Source: Octopus vulgaris (lineage: Eukaryota). Taken from it: a DNA stretch of 64,000 bases. The translations under genes and the position numbers were made by a program. The number at the start of each line of letters is the position of its first letter. Positions within the stretch are counted from its first letter, which is position 1. Shown one piece after another: positions 63,944 through 64,000 of this stretch. The notes below the pieces were generated by a model. That model did not search any database. It was not told the origin of the DNA and saw only the letters and a list, made by a program, of their open reading frames with translations. The stretch is taken from contig OX597826.1 of the NCBI GenBank assembly GCA_951406725.2, positions 63,674,001 to 63,738,000 of the forward strand, given 5' to 3'.

Positions 63944-64000
63944 ATGGAAGCTTCTATAGAGTCACGCAACCTGGTCAATGCTGTTCTTAAACCAGCCCCA
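63944..64000 (+). CDS. Possible start of a coding exon (MEASIESRNLVNAVLKPAP.., runs off the window); product unknown
   Basis: Acceptor-like TACTTTGGTTTTCCTAG ending at 63939, ATG in AATATGG context, frame open to the window end. Too short to identify. Confidence 0.2.
   Translation, partial: MEASIESRNLVNAVLKPAP

Noticed and set aside
30-63978. Most ORFs in the supplied track (e.g. RQASFSFRLPNPLTRLWSARG.., FLQLDALPNANHS.., YIYIYI, SLSLSL, MMMM)
   Set aside because: They are recurrent translations of SINE-A, SINE-C, SINE-D or microsatellites, not genes.

Overview
AT-rich, repeat-dense eukaryotic DNA, either intergenic or a very long intron. The SINE families, microsatellite load and transposon mix look like an Octopus (coleoid cephalopod) genome; this is recalled, not database-verified. 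I find no intact protein-coding gene: nearly all supplied ORFs are translations of SINEs, microsatellites or decayed transposons. Content: (1) at least four tRNA-type or RTE-tailed SINE families in dozens of copies, which I label SINE-A to SINE-D; (2) LINE relics: RTE x4, a CR1/L2-group 3' end and an R4/Dong-clade RLE element; (3) a pogo DDE relic, an internally deleted mariner with both TIRs, and hAT-, piggyBac- and Tigger-type MITEs; (4) Penelope-like terminal fragments with hammerhead-like motifs. Most notable: a LINE-SINE shared 3' tail with a compensatory stem-loop, SINE-in-SINE inverted insertions forming dsRNA, repeated insertion of one SINE at the same site of another, a six-copy head-to-tail SINE array, a perfect RFX X-box about 360 bp upstream of a possible ATG-bearing exon at the window end, and a locally duplicated exon-like cassette. 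I do not see convincing evidence of a wholly new biological system. Repeat boundaries are approximate unless TSDs or TIRs are quoted.
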